64,000 bases of DNA, taken from positions 2,242 through 66,241 of the forward strand of contig CAWDPZ010000011.1 in NCBI GenBank assembly GCA_963804265.1, read 5' to 3'. This document shows, one piece after another, positions 29,710 to 39,931 of this stretch; position 1 is the stretch's first letter, and every line of letters starts with the position of its first letter. Made by a program: the position numbers and the translations under genes. The notes under the pieces were generated by a model. The model saw only the letters and a program-made list of their open reading frames with translations, ran no database searches and had not been told where the DNA came from. This DNA is from an uncultured Acidimicrobiaceae bacterium. GTDB lineage: Bacteria > Actinomycetota > Acidimicrobiia > Acidimicrobiales > Bog-793.

Positions 29710-31169
29710 ATGGTGCAATCAGTTTCAGACCTGAGTCGCGAAGACATCCGACGGGGATTGGTCGAGCTCGTCGGCGAGGGCCAGGTGAACGTCGACGAGG
29801 ACGTGCTCCGTGCCTCGAGCGTCGACCGTTTCAAGAAGTACCAGGCGGTGAACGGCATCTTCCAAGGGCCCATTCCGGCGGCTGTCGTCGCCGCGAGGTC
29901 GACCGCGGACGTCGCAAAGGTCCTCCGTTTCGCCAACGAGCACAGGATCAACGTCGTGCCCCGTACCGGTATCACCTCCACAGAAGGCGGCCTCGAGACG
30001 GTCGTGGAGGACACGATCGTGCTCGACGGCTCACCGATGAGCACGATCGTTCGCATCGACCCTGTGAACATGATGGCGACGGCACAGTGCGGCGTGCCCC
30101 TCGAGGTCCTCGAGGACGCCGTCCGCCTGCAGGGGCTCACGACGGGCCACTCGCCCCAGTCCAAGCCCATCGCCCAGATGGGCGGCCTCACCGCGACGCG
30201 CTCGACCGGCCAGCTTTCGACCCTCTACGGCGGCATCGAGGACATGATCGTCGGGCTCGAGGCCGTCTTCCCGGACGGCACGATCTGCCGCGTGAAGAAC
30301 GTGCCGCGTCGAGCCGTAGGCCCGGACACGAGGCACATCGTCGTCGGCAACGAGGGCGCCCTCTGCTTCATCACCGAGGTCACAGTGAGGCTCTACCGGT
30401 ACAGGCCCGAGAACAACAAGGCTCGCGGGTTCCTCGTCGACAACATGGACGACGGCCTTGCTGTCATCCGCGAGGTCGTGACCGACGGCTTCCGACCCTC
30501 GGTGTGCCGCGTCTACTCCGAGGAGGACGCCCACCAGCATTTTGCGGACTTCCACAAGGACAAGTGCGTCCTGCTCTTCATCTGCGAAGGCCCCGAGGCC
30601 ATCGTGGCGGCCACCGTCGACGAGATCGACCGTGCCGTCGAAGGGCGTTGTTCACGAAGACGTCGATCCCGCCCGCATCGAGCGGTGGTTCAGCGACCTG
30701 AACTGGGGCATGGACAAGATCGTCGCCGAGCAGCAGTGGATGCTCGAAGGAGCACAACCTCGGGTACACGACCGAGATCTCGGCCAACTGGTCCGACATA
30801 GGCGAGATCTACAAAGCGGCCATCCACCGCATCCGCACCGAGTACCCCTATGTCGGGGACCTGACGATGCTCGGGGCCCATTCCTCGCACAGCTACCAGA
30901 CGGGCACGAACCTGTACTTCGTCTACGACTACAACATCAACTGCGAGCCGACCGAGGAGATCACGAAGTACCACATCCCACTCAACGCCATCATCGTCGA
31001 AGAAGCCTTGAGGCACGAGGGCTCGATGGTCCACCACCACGGCATCGGGAAGTACCGGACCGACTGGACCGAGCAGGAGCACGGCAGCGCCTATTACATG
31101 TTGGCCAAGCTGAAAGAGGCTTTCGACCCGAACGGCATCATGAACAAGGGCACGATCTTCAAGGCCTGA
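29710..31169 (+). CDS. FAD-linked oxidase (PCMH-type FAD_binding_4; alkyl-DHAP-synthase/GlcD-like), two frame breaks (~30640, ~30751)
   Basis: VVPRTGITSTEGG and GNEGALCFITEVT are in the first frame. VHEDVDPARIERWFSDLNWG is in the second. NLGYTTEISANW...GSMVHHHGIGKYR...FDPNGIMNKG is in the third. Confidence 0.7.
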
Positions 31170-31197
31170 GAGAGTCGTCCGCTGACTTGGGAAGGCA

Positions 31198-32630
31198 ATG
31201 GTGAAGCGATACCTGATCGGGATAGACAACGGCTCGCAGAGCACCAAGGTGTCGGTGTTCGACGAGCACGGCGCCGTCGTCTGCGAGGGTCGTCAAGCTC
31301 TCCGACCGAACGACACGCCCCGTCCCGGCGTGGTCGAGCACCCGGACGACGACCTCTGGTTCTCCATCGGTGAGGCGAGCCGGCGTGCCATGGCGGCGTT
31401 CCCGGGCGACCTCTCCGCCATCGTCGGCGTCGGGCTGTGCACGATCCGCTTTTGCCGTGCACTGCTCCGGGCGGACGGGACGCTGGCGAGCCCGGTGATG
31501 AGCTGGATGGACGCCCGCGTGTCGCGGCCTTATGAGCACAACGACCCGACCGTCCGCTACGTCACGACCTCGTCGGGGTACATAAGCCACCGGATGACCG
31601 GTCAGTTCAAGGACACCGCTGCCAACTACGCCGGCGTCTGGCCCATCAGCCAGGACAGGTGGGAGTGGCTGCGCGACGACGAGGGCTTCGCGAAGTTCCA
31701 GGTGCCGCGGGAGATGCTGTTCGAGCTCCTGATGCCGGGCGAGGTCCTGGGATCTGTCACCCCTGAGGCCGCCCGTCACACCGGCATCCCTGCCGGCCTG
31801 CCCGTCTTCGCCACGTCCAACGACAAGGCGGTCGAGGCGCTCGGGTGCGGGCTGCGCTCCTCGCGACACGCTGCTGGTCTCGTTGGGCACCTATACCGCG
31901 AGCATGACCGCGGGCCGGCGCAACGTGACGGACGCCACCAGCTTCTGGTCCAACTTCGCCTCGATCCCACGTCAGTACCTCTACGAGAGCCACGGCATCC
32001 GCCGGGGCATGTGGACGGTCAGCTGGTGGCGGGACCTGCTCGGCGAGGAGGCCGGTTCGGCGGCGCGCCGGCAGGGCGTGGCCGTCGAGAGGTACCTCGA
32101 CCTCGAGGCGGAGAAGGTGCCGGCGGGCTCGGACGGGCTCATGGTCGATCCTCGACTGGCTGGCGCCGACCGACGCCCCCTTCAAGAAGGGCTCGATCGT
32201 CGGTTTCGACGTGCGCCACGGCCGCTTCCACATCTACCGGGCGATCCTCGAGGGGATCGCTCTCACCATCTACCGGTGCGGGACGGCCATGGGCAAGGAG
32301 ACAGGCGAGAGCTACGACCGGATCGTCGTCTCCGGCGGCGGCTCGAATTCGGACGTGTTCATGCACATATTCGCCGACGTCTTCGGGATCCCGGCCCTCA
32401 GGAGCAAGATGAACAACGCCGCCGGCCTGGGCTCGGCGATCTGTGCGGCTGTCGGCCAAGGTCTCTACGGTTCGTGGGACGAGGCCATCGACGAGATGGT
32501 CTCCTGGGAGCCGCCGTTGCTCCCCGACGAGAAGAACCACGAGCTCTATCGGACGATGTCGGCCGTGTACGACGAGATCCCGGGCCTGACCGACAAGATC
32601 TTCGAGCGGTCGTACAAGATCTTCGGCTAA
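31198..32630 (+). CDS. FGGY-family carbohydrate kinase, two frame breaks (~31860, ~32152)
   Basis: IGIDNGSQSTKV is in the first frame. LVSLGTYTASM...GMWTVSWW is in the second. DWLAPTDAPFKKGSIVGF...VVSGGGSNSDVFMHIFADVFG is in the third. Confidence 0.75.
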
Positions 32631-34720
32631 GGTCGCGAACGGGAGCGTGCCACCGCCTGGGTCGCCCCGGCGTCGGCCACCTGCAGCCGGCGCAGCTCCC
32701 CGACCGGGATGTGGCAGCGCATCATGTGGTCGGGCTCGACCTCGACGAGGGGAGGCTCGGTCGACTCGCAGAGCCCGCTCGCGAGCCGCCGCGGGCAGCG
32801 CGTGTGGAAGACGCAGCCCGACGGCGAGTGTGCCGCGCTCGGGATCTCGCCCTTCAGCCGGATCCTCTCGCGGAGCGTCCCGTCGAGGCTCGGCACGGCC
32901 GAGAGCAGAGACTCGGTGTAGGGGTGATGCGGTCCGGCAAAGACCGTCTCGGCCGGTCCGTACTGCATGACGCGGCCCAGGTAGAGCACGGCGATGCGAT
33001 CGGACAGGTAGCGCACCACTCCGAGGTCGTGCGAGATGAAGACGTAGGTGACCCGCTCACGGCTCTGCAGGTCGGCGAGGAGGTTGAGGATGGCTGCCTG
33101 CACCGAGACGTCGAGGGCCGAGGTGGGCTCGTCGCAGACGAGCACGCGGGCGCCCCGGCGAACGCGCGTGCGATGGCGACTCGCTGCTTGAGTCCTCCCG
33201 AGAGCTGATAAGGGCGCAGCGGGAGATGGCGCTCCTCCATCCGAACCGAACGGATGACTTCCAGGAGGCGCCTCTCAGAGGCCTCGCCCGAGAGACCCGC
33301 CAGCTTCTTGAGCGCCCTCGTGACGATGTGCCGCACGCTGTGGCGCCTGTTCAACGCCGAGTCGGGGTTCTGGAAGACGATCTGCATCGCCTGCAGCTGC
33401 TAGCGGTCGCGCTTGGCGCACTGGGCGGCGAGCGGGACCCCCTCGAGCTCGATCACCGATCCCTCGTCCGGCACGGTGAGACCGAGCAGGACGCGGGCGA
33501 GCGTCGTCTTGCCGCAGCCCGATTCGCCCACCAGTCCGAGCGTCTCGCCCGCCTTCAGGTCGAGGTCGACCCCGACGACGGCCCGCACGTGCTCGCCGCG
33601 GACGTGGAAGGTCTTGGACACGCCGCGCAGGCGGATGACGGGCTCCTCGCTCGCGCCCGGGCTCCTCAGCTGGACCTCCTCCGGGGTCGCCCGGGGCAGT
33701 TCGGCCGCCCGGTCGTGGTAGTGGCACCGCGACGTCCGCGACGGGGAGACCTCGTACATGGGCGGAGTCTCTTCGACGGCAACGTTCGGTCGCGAGCGCG
33801 CAGCGCTTGGCGAAGACGCATCCGACGGGGACCTCCCCGGGTCCCGGGAGGAAGCCGGGAATCGTGTCGAGCCGCCCGTGGTCCTTGCGCTGCCCGCCGC
33901 GGGGGACGCATCGCAGCAGTCCGACGGTGTAGGGATGCCGGGGATTGTCGAAGATCTCACGTGCCGGGCCCTGTTCGACGAGCTCTCCCGCGTACATGAC
34001 GCCGACGCGGTCGCACATCTTCGCGATCACCGCCAGGTTGTGGCTGATGAACAGGACCGAGGTCTGGAACCTCTGACGAAGCGACGACACCAGGTCGAGC
34101 ACCTCGGCCTCGACGGTGGCGTCAAGGGCCGTCGTCGGCTCGTCGAGTATGAGCAGAGCGGGCTCCGAAGCGAGCGCCATGGCGATCATGACCCGCTGCA
34201 GCATCCCGCCCGAGAGCTGATGGGGATAGGCGTGCAGCACCCGTCCCGGATCCGCGATCTGCACCATGCGGAGCAGTTCCTCGGCCCTGGCCAGGGCATC
34301 AGCCCGCTTTGTGCCGGCCACCTCGTACACCTCGGCCACCTGGCGCCCGACTCGGATCGACGGGTTCAACGCCCGCCCCGGCTCCTGGTAGACCATCGAG
34401 ACGGTCCGCGCCCTGAATTTCCGCAGTTCGTCCTTGTTCATGGACGCCGGGTCCTTCCCGTTCACCGTCACCGAACCGGCGCTGAGGCGCCCGTTGCGGG
34501 GGAGATAGCGCGTGATGGCGAGGGCGGTCGTCGACTTGCCGCAGCCCGACTCGCCGACGAGGCCGAACGACTCCTGGCGGCCGATGGTGAACGAGACGTC
34601 GCGCAGGGCCAACCGGTCGTTGCCGCGCACGCGATATGTCACGTCGAGGTGGCTGACCTCCAGCGTCGGCGGGGTCGCTTCGACGGCGGAGACCAGGTCG
34701 GACGAGGTGGCAAGGGTCAT
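32627..34720 (-). CDS. Duplicated (two-NBD) peptide-type ABC transporter ATPase, two frame breaks (~33779, ~33149) and an in-frame TAG at 33400-33402
   Basis: Two Walker A motifs (GESGCGKST, GESGCGKTT), two signatures (LSGGMLQR, LSGGLKQR), two Walker B motifs (LILDEPT, LVCDEPT) and two oligopeptide-type C-terminal Cys motifs are spread over four listed ORFs. Confidence 0.75.
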
Positions 34721-35650
34721 TGGACGAGCACCGACTCGATCGCGTCACCGATGAGGTTGATGGCGATTATGAGCGACGCGATGGCAAGGGCGGGGAAGAG
34801 CGTCTCCCACCAGTAGCCCGCACCCAGGTACTGGTAGTTGTTGGCGATGTCCGCGCCCCAGTCCGGCGTCGGCAGCTGCACGCCGAAGCCGAGAAACGAA
34901 AGCGTCGCGATCGTGAAGATCGCGTACCCGAGGCGGACTGTGAACTCGACGATGATCGGGCCGAGCACGTTCGGGAGGATCTCCACGAACATGACGTGAA
35001 AGGCGCTCTCGTCACGAAGCCGGGCGGCGGCGAGATAGTCGAGCTCGCGCTCTTGCAGGACAGCCGCACGCACGGTCCTCGCGATGATGAGGGCGAAGAC
35101 GAAGCCGATCACCATGACGAGCGTGAGGGTGCTCGGGCCGACGGCGACGACGAAGAGGAAGGCCACGATGACGATGGGAAGGGACAGGGCGGCGTCCACG
35201 AGCCGGCCGACGATCATGTCGAAGACACCGCGCAGATAGCCCTGGGCGAGGCCGATCGTCGTGCCGACCACGGTGCCCGAGCAGCGTGGCGAGCGGGGCG
35301 ATCTCGAGGATGTCGCGGGAGCCGACGATCACCCGCGAGAGAATGTCCTCGCCGGCGTTGTTGGTACCGAACCAGTGGGCGGCCGAGGGGGCGAGATTGC
35401 CGCTCAAGATGTCCGGCGTGGTGGCGTTGAAGGGGACGAACGAGCCGCCGAAGATGGCGCAGACGATCCACCAGAGAAGGATCAACGTCCCGACGATGAA
35501 CGTCTTGGAGCGGAGGAGCTGGCGGAGCTGTTCCAGGCGAATCCGCCCCACCGAGACGTCCAGCGCCCCGGACGCTCCGACCGGCGAGGCCGCGGACAGC
35601 TGGTCTGCGAGACCAGCCGCGGGAGGACCGGCGGGCTCGACCGCCGTCAT
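34717..35650 (-). CDS. ABC transporter permease (DppC/OppC-like), frame broken near 35277
   Basis: The ATG at 35650 overlaps the corrected stop of the upstream permease (ATGA). Motifs are HWFGTNNAGEDILSRV and, in ORF 34717..35271, TVVGTTIGLAQGYLRG...LDYLAAARL. Confidence 0.75.
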
Positions 35651-36602
35651 TCCGCCGCCCCCAGCCTGACGCGGGGGTTCAACAGCGTGTAGAGGATGTC
35701 CGCGATCAGCGTCGCCACGACGTAGACGATGCCGATGAACAAGCACTCCCGCCTCGAGCATCGGGAAGTCCTTGTTGTTGGCGGCATTCAGGATGAGCGT
35801 GCCGACGCCCGGGTAGGTGAAGAGCCTCTCGACCACGACGAGGCCGCCGATCAGGTACCCGGTCTGGGTGGCGATGACGGTGATCGTCGGCAGCAGCGAG
35901 TTGCGCAGCACGTGCCGCCGGATCACGACCCAGCGGGGCAGCCCCTTCAGCGTCGCCGTGCGGACGTAGTCGGAGTCGAGCGCCTCGACGGTGCCGGCCC
36001 GGGCCATCCGGGCGATGTAGCCGTAGAGGATAATCACGAGGGGAATGGCGGGAAGGATCAGGTAGCGCACCTGGGTGATGAAGGTCGACCCCGCCGGCGC
36101 GTTGGCGGTGACGGGCAGCCACTTCAGGTCTATCGAGAACAGGACGATGAGGACGACGCCGGAGACGAACTCGGGCACCGTCGACAGTGAGAGGCTCGTC
36201 GTGCTGATGAGACGGTCCAGCCACCGTCCCCGGTTCAGGGCTGCGATGATCCCGCCCAGGATGGCCGTGGGCACGACGATGACAAAGGCAAGGGCCGCCA
36301 GCTTCAGCGATCTCCCCAGGTACGGCCACAAGAAGGAGCTGACCGGTGCCTGGTACTGGTATGAAGTCCCGAGCCTGCCCGCGCACGATCCCGGTGATCC
36401 AGCTCCAGTACTGCACGACGACTGGCCGGTCGACGCCGAGCCTGTGGTCGAGTATGTCCACCGAGTGCTGGGAGGCGAAAGGCCCGAGAATCGCCCGTCC
36501 CGGGTCGCCCGGGAGCACCTGGGCGGCGAAGAAGATGATCAGGCTCAAGAGCACGAGCGTCACCAACGCCAGGCCGACTCGCTTCACGACGTAAAGCAAC
36601 AT
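35647..36602 (-). CDS. ABC transporter permease (DppB/OppB-like), two frame breaks (~36371, ~35741)
   Basis: MLLYVVKRVGLALVTLVLLSLIIF...LPGDP is in the first frame. The core with the EAA-type loop (SDYVRTATLKGLP) is in ORF 35012..36331. The tail FIGIVYVVATLIADILYTLLNPRVR is in a third frame. Confidence 0.75.
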
Positions 36603-36859
36603 CCCGGGCTCCTCCTCCCTGAATCGTGTCCCGACGTCAGCCGACGTGGTGCCGAGACCGGAGGCTAATCAGACTCCGAAGCTAGCAGGGCGATCCCGCG
36701 TTTCGCCTGTCGAAGCGCGGTCTTGGGCGCGGACGCTACGACCGATAAGATGACAATTGCTATGTATATGGCCCGACTTCGTCACGTCGCCGGGCACAGC
36801 GCAGGTACCGAGCGGTTCGCGTCGCCACCGTCCAAGGCCAGATAGGCGGACGAGCGGAC
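36603..36859. promoter_or_regulatory. Divergent intergenic region between the ABC importer and the amidohydrolase operon, with an AT-rich core at 36744-36770
   Basis: A 257-nt non-coding gap contains GATAAGATGACAATTGCTATGTATATG, embedded in otherwise GC-rich sequence. I could not assign definite -35/-10 boxes. Confidence 0.3.
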
Positions 36860-38283
36860 ATGCCGGCGGTGGACCTCTCGATCGTCGGACGCATCGTTAC
36901 CGCGGCCGGTGAGCCGGACCGGGGCGAGGTCCTCGTCGGCGGCGGCCGCATCCTCGAGGTGAGAACAGGCCCACCGGCCGGGCGCCCCGGCGCGACACAC
37001 ATCGACGTAAAGGACGCCTACGTGTTCCCGGGCGCGATCGACTGCCACGTCCATTCCGGCAGCCATGCCGGGGAAGGCATCCGGGCGCTGACGGCCTCGG
37101 CGGCGGCCGGGGGCGTCACAACCGTGATCGACATGCCCTACGACGCCGCGGCCCCGGTGGTGAACCCCGAGGTGCTGGCTGCCAAGCGTCACAGAGTCGG
37201 CGAGGAGGCGCTCGTCGACGTAGCACTGCTCGGCACGGTCCGGCCCGGATCGGGCGGCAGCGACGTCGGGCCGCTCGCCGAGGCGGGCGTCGTCGGGTTC
37301 AAGCTGTCCTTGTTCGGGACAGATCCCCGGCGCTTCCCGCGCATCCCCGACGACCAATTCCTGGAGGTCCTCGCTGCCATCGGCGAGCACGGCAGCGTCG
37401 CCTGCGTCCATGCCGAGAACGAGGAGATCATCAAGCCTCTGCTCGAGCGGCTCCGGGCCTTCCCCGACGCCTCCCCGATCGACCACTGCCGGTCGCGCCC
37501 GCCGGTGAGCGAGACCCAGGCTGTGCTGACGGCACTCGAATACGCCAGAGACGCCAGGGCCCCCCTCCACCTGTGCCACCTCAGCCTCCCCCGTTCGGTC
37601 GACCTCGCCCGCTCATATGCGGAAGAGGGCCTGCAGGTGAGCACCGAGACCTGCCCGCACTATCTGAGCTTTTCCGAGGACGACATGGGGCGCGCCGGTG
37701 GCCGCCTCAAGATCAACCCGCCCCTGCGGGCGCCCGCCCAGGTGGCGGGCCTGTGGGAGCGGCTCGGAGCGGGCGCGATCGACGCCGTCGTCTCCGACCA
37801 CGCCCCATGGCCGTTGGCGGACAAGACGAAGCCTGCGATCTTCGACAACCACTCCGGTGCACCGGGCGTCGAGACGCTCGTCACGGTACTGGCGGGGGGG
37901 CTGCTCGACCGGGGCGAAAGCCTGTCTGCGCTCTCGCAGCTTCTTGGCGCCGGTCCGGCACGGATATTCGGGATCAGTCACGCAAAGGGATCTCTCGAAG
38001 CCGGCAAGGACGCCGACATCATGGTCTTTGACCCCTCGGCGCCTTTCCGGCTCGACGAGGTCCGGCCTGCATTCCAACGCGGGCTGGCAGCCTTATCACG
38101 GCTCGACGAGTCCGGCCTGCACTCGAACGCGGGCTGGAGCCCTTATCACGGATGGTGTTCCCGGGCAGGGTCGTTCTCACGATCTCGCGGGGCGAGGTGG
38201 TCTGGGACGGGTCCCGCCTCCGGGGATCGGCCGGGCGCGGCCGCGTCGTAGGGCGTCAGCCGGGTGCTTCAGAACGTGGCTGA
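36860..38283 (+). CDS. Cyclic amidohydrolase (allantoinase/hydantoinase/dihydroorotase superfamily), a candidate hydantoin-5-propionate hydrolase. It carries a 50/51-nt tandem duplication and a frame break near 38151.
   Basis: AIDCHVHSG, GFKLSL, VHAENEE and VSDHAPW metal-ligand motifs. The native tail (MVFPGRVVLTISRGEVVWDG...) is in another frame and ends at TGA 38281-38283. Confidence 0.75.
38049..38149. repeat. Imperfect tandem duplication (51 nt + 50 nt) inside the amidohydrolase gene
   Basis: Copy 1 (38049-38099) is GGCTCGACGAGGTCCGGCCTGCATTCCAACGCGGGCTGGCAGCCTTATCAC. Copy 2 (38100-38149) is GGCTCGACGAGTCCGGCCTGCACTCGAACGCGGGCTGGAGCCCTTATCAC. Confidence 0.9.
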
Positions 38284-39931
38284 TCCGGGCGTGCCGAGAG
38301 TCGTGACGGCCCAGCGCGGCAAGAAGCTGCGCTGCCGTGGCTGGCGCCAGGAAGGCCTCTTGAGGATGCTCGAGAACGTGCTCGAGGTGGGGGAGCGCCC
38401 CGAGGACCTCGTGGTCTACGCGGCCCGGGGCAAGGCGGCCCGGGACTGGGCCTCGTACACGGGGATCGTCGAGGCGCTGGGCAACCTCCGCGACGAGCAG
38501 ACCCTCATCGTGCAGTCCGGCAAGCCCATCGGCGTCTTCCCGACCTCGGCAGAGGCGCCGCTCGTCCTCATGGCCTGCGGGAACGTCGTGGGCCACTACG
38601 CCACCCCGGAGTACTTCGACGAGCTTTGCGACCGCGGCCTCATCATGTGGGGGGGTCTCACAGCCGGGGACTGGCAGTACATCGGCTTCCAGGGCGTTCT
38701 TCAGGGTGTCTACGAGCTCCTGCAGGCGGTCGGTCGGGAGCACTTCGGCGGGTCGCTCGCCGGGAGGTTCGTCCTCACCGCCGGTCTCGGCGGCATGGGA
38801 TCGGCGCAACCGCTCGCGATCGCGCTCGCGGGCGGGAGAGGGATCGTCGTCGAGGTCGACCCGGACAAGTGCGCCCGGTCCTTGCGGCGGGGTCACCTCT
38901 CCTCGGTGACCGCGGACCTCGACGAGGCACTGGCGGCTCTCGGTCGCGGGGGCGAAGGCAGCGTCGTCGGGCTCGTGGGCAACGCCGCGACCGTCTACGG
39001 CGAAGTCGCCGCCCGGGGCGTCGTGCCCGACATCGTGACCGACCTCACCGCCGCCCACGACGCCGTCTACGGCTACTGCCCGGTCGAGCTCTCGCTCGCG
39101 AGCTGGCGCACCCGTCGCGAGTCGGACCCGGCGGGCGTCGCCGCCATGGCCCGCCAATCCATGGCCCGGCAGGTGCAGGCCATGCTGGAGATGAAGGCGG
39201 CCGGCGCCGTCGTCTTCGAGGACGGCAACAACCTGCGGGTGCAGGCGGAGGCGGCCGGGGTCAAGGACGCCTTCACGATCGACGGGTTCGCCGAGCGTTA
39301 TCTGAGGCCGCTGTTCTGCCGCGGCATCGGCCCGTTCCGCTGGGTGGCGCTCAGCGGCGAGCTCTCGGACCTCGCCGAGCTCGACCGGCTCGTCCTGCAG
39401 ATGTCGTTCCGTCCCGAGGTGGACTCGTGGATCTCCCTCGCCGGGGAGAACGTGGTACCGCAGGGCTTGCCGGCCCGGAGCTGCTGGCTCGGTCATCTCG
39501 AGCGGTCCAGGTTCGCCGTGGCGGTGAACGCGCTCGTCTGCAACGGGCGGCTTTCCGGCCCGGTGGCCTTTACGAGGGACCACTTCGACTCCGGCGGCAT
39601 GACGCATCCTCACATCGGGACCGAGAACATGGCCGACGGGTCGGGTGCCATCTCGGACTGGCCGATCCTCGACGCCCTCCTGCTGTCCGCCTCGGGGGCC
39701 GACCTCGTGGCGGTCCACGCCGGCGGCGCCGGATACGCCGGCTACATGCAGTCGGCAGGCGTCACGATCGTGGCCGACGGCACCAGCTCGGCCGAGGAGC
39801 GACTCAGGCGTGGGCTCGACGCCGACAGCGGCCTCGGCGTCCTGCGCTACGCGGATGCCGGTTACAGCCAGGCGAAGTCCGCGGCCGGAGACGCCGGCCT
39901 CGGCCTCGGCCAAGAGGAGGAGACGCAATGA
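38264..39931 (+). CDS. Divergent urocanase-family hydratase (second paralogue), a candidate thiourocanate hydratase
   Basis: Full-length similarity to HutU (RCRGWRQEGLLRMLENVLE, GGMGSAQPLA, GPFRWVALSG) with altered conserved blocks (TDLTAAHDAV, TRDHFDSGGMTHPHIGTE, VHAGGAGYAGYM). The ORF is intact. Alternative GTG starts are at 38276, 38291 and 38303. Confidence 0.8.
   Translation: MLQNVADPGVPRVVTAQRGKKLRCRGWRQEGLLRMLENVLEVGERPEDLVVYAARGKAARDWASYTGIVEALGNLRDEQTLIVQSGKPIGVFPTSAEAPLVLMACGNVVGHYATPEYFDELCDRGLIMWGGLTAGDWQYIGFQGVLQGVYELLQAVGREHFGGSLAGRFVLTAGLGGMGSAQPLAIALAGGRGIVVEVDPDKCARSLRRGHLSSVTADLDEALAALGRGGEGSVVGLVGNAATVYGEVAARGVVPDIVTDLTAAHDAVYGYCPVELSLASWRTRRESDPAGVAAMARQSMARQVQAMLEMKAAGAVVFEDGNNLRVQAEAAGVKDAFTIDGFAERYLRPLFCRGIGPFRWVALSGELSDLAELDRLVLQMSFRPEVDSWISLAGENVVPQGLPARSCWLGHLERSRFAVAVNALVCNGRLSGPVAFTRDHFDSGGMTHPHIGTENMADGSGAISDWPILDALLLSASGADLVAVHAGGAGYAGYMQSAGVTIVADGTSSAEERLRRGLDADSGLGVLRYADAGYSQAKSAAGDAGLGLGQEEETQ

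Noticed and set aside
33400-33402. TAG as a pyrrolysine codon, considered because an MttB-family gene is present in the window
   Set aside because: The TAG is in an ABC ATPase, not in the methyltransferase. The MttB homologue has no in-frame TAG. No pylS or pylBCD-like genes are seen. A nonsense change or base-call error is far more likely.
36603-36859. Cobalamin riboswitch or other leader RNA upstream of the catabolic operons (also checked 47744-47808 and 49288-49309)
   Set aside because: I found no B12-box core (GCCACTG-like) or conserved riboswitch helices by eye. The other intergenic regions are too short.
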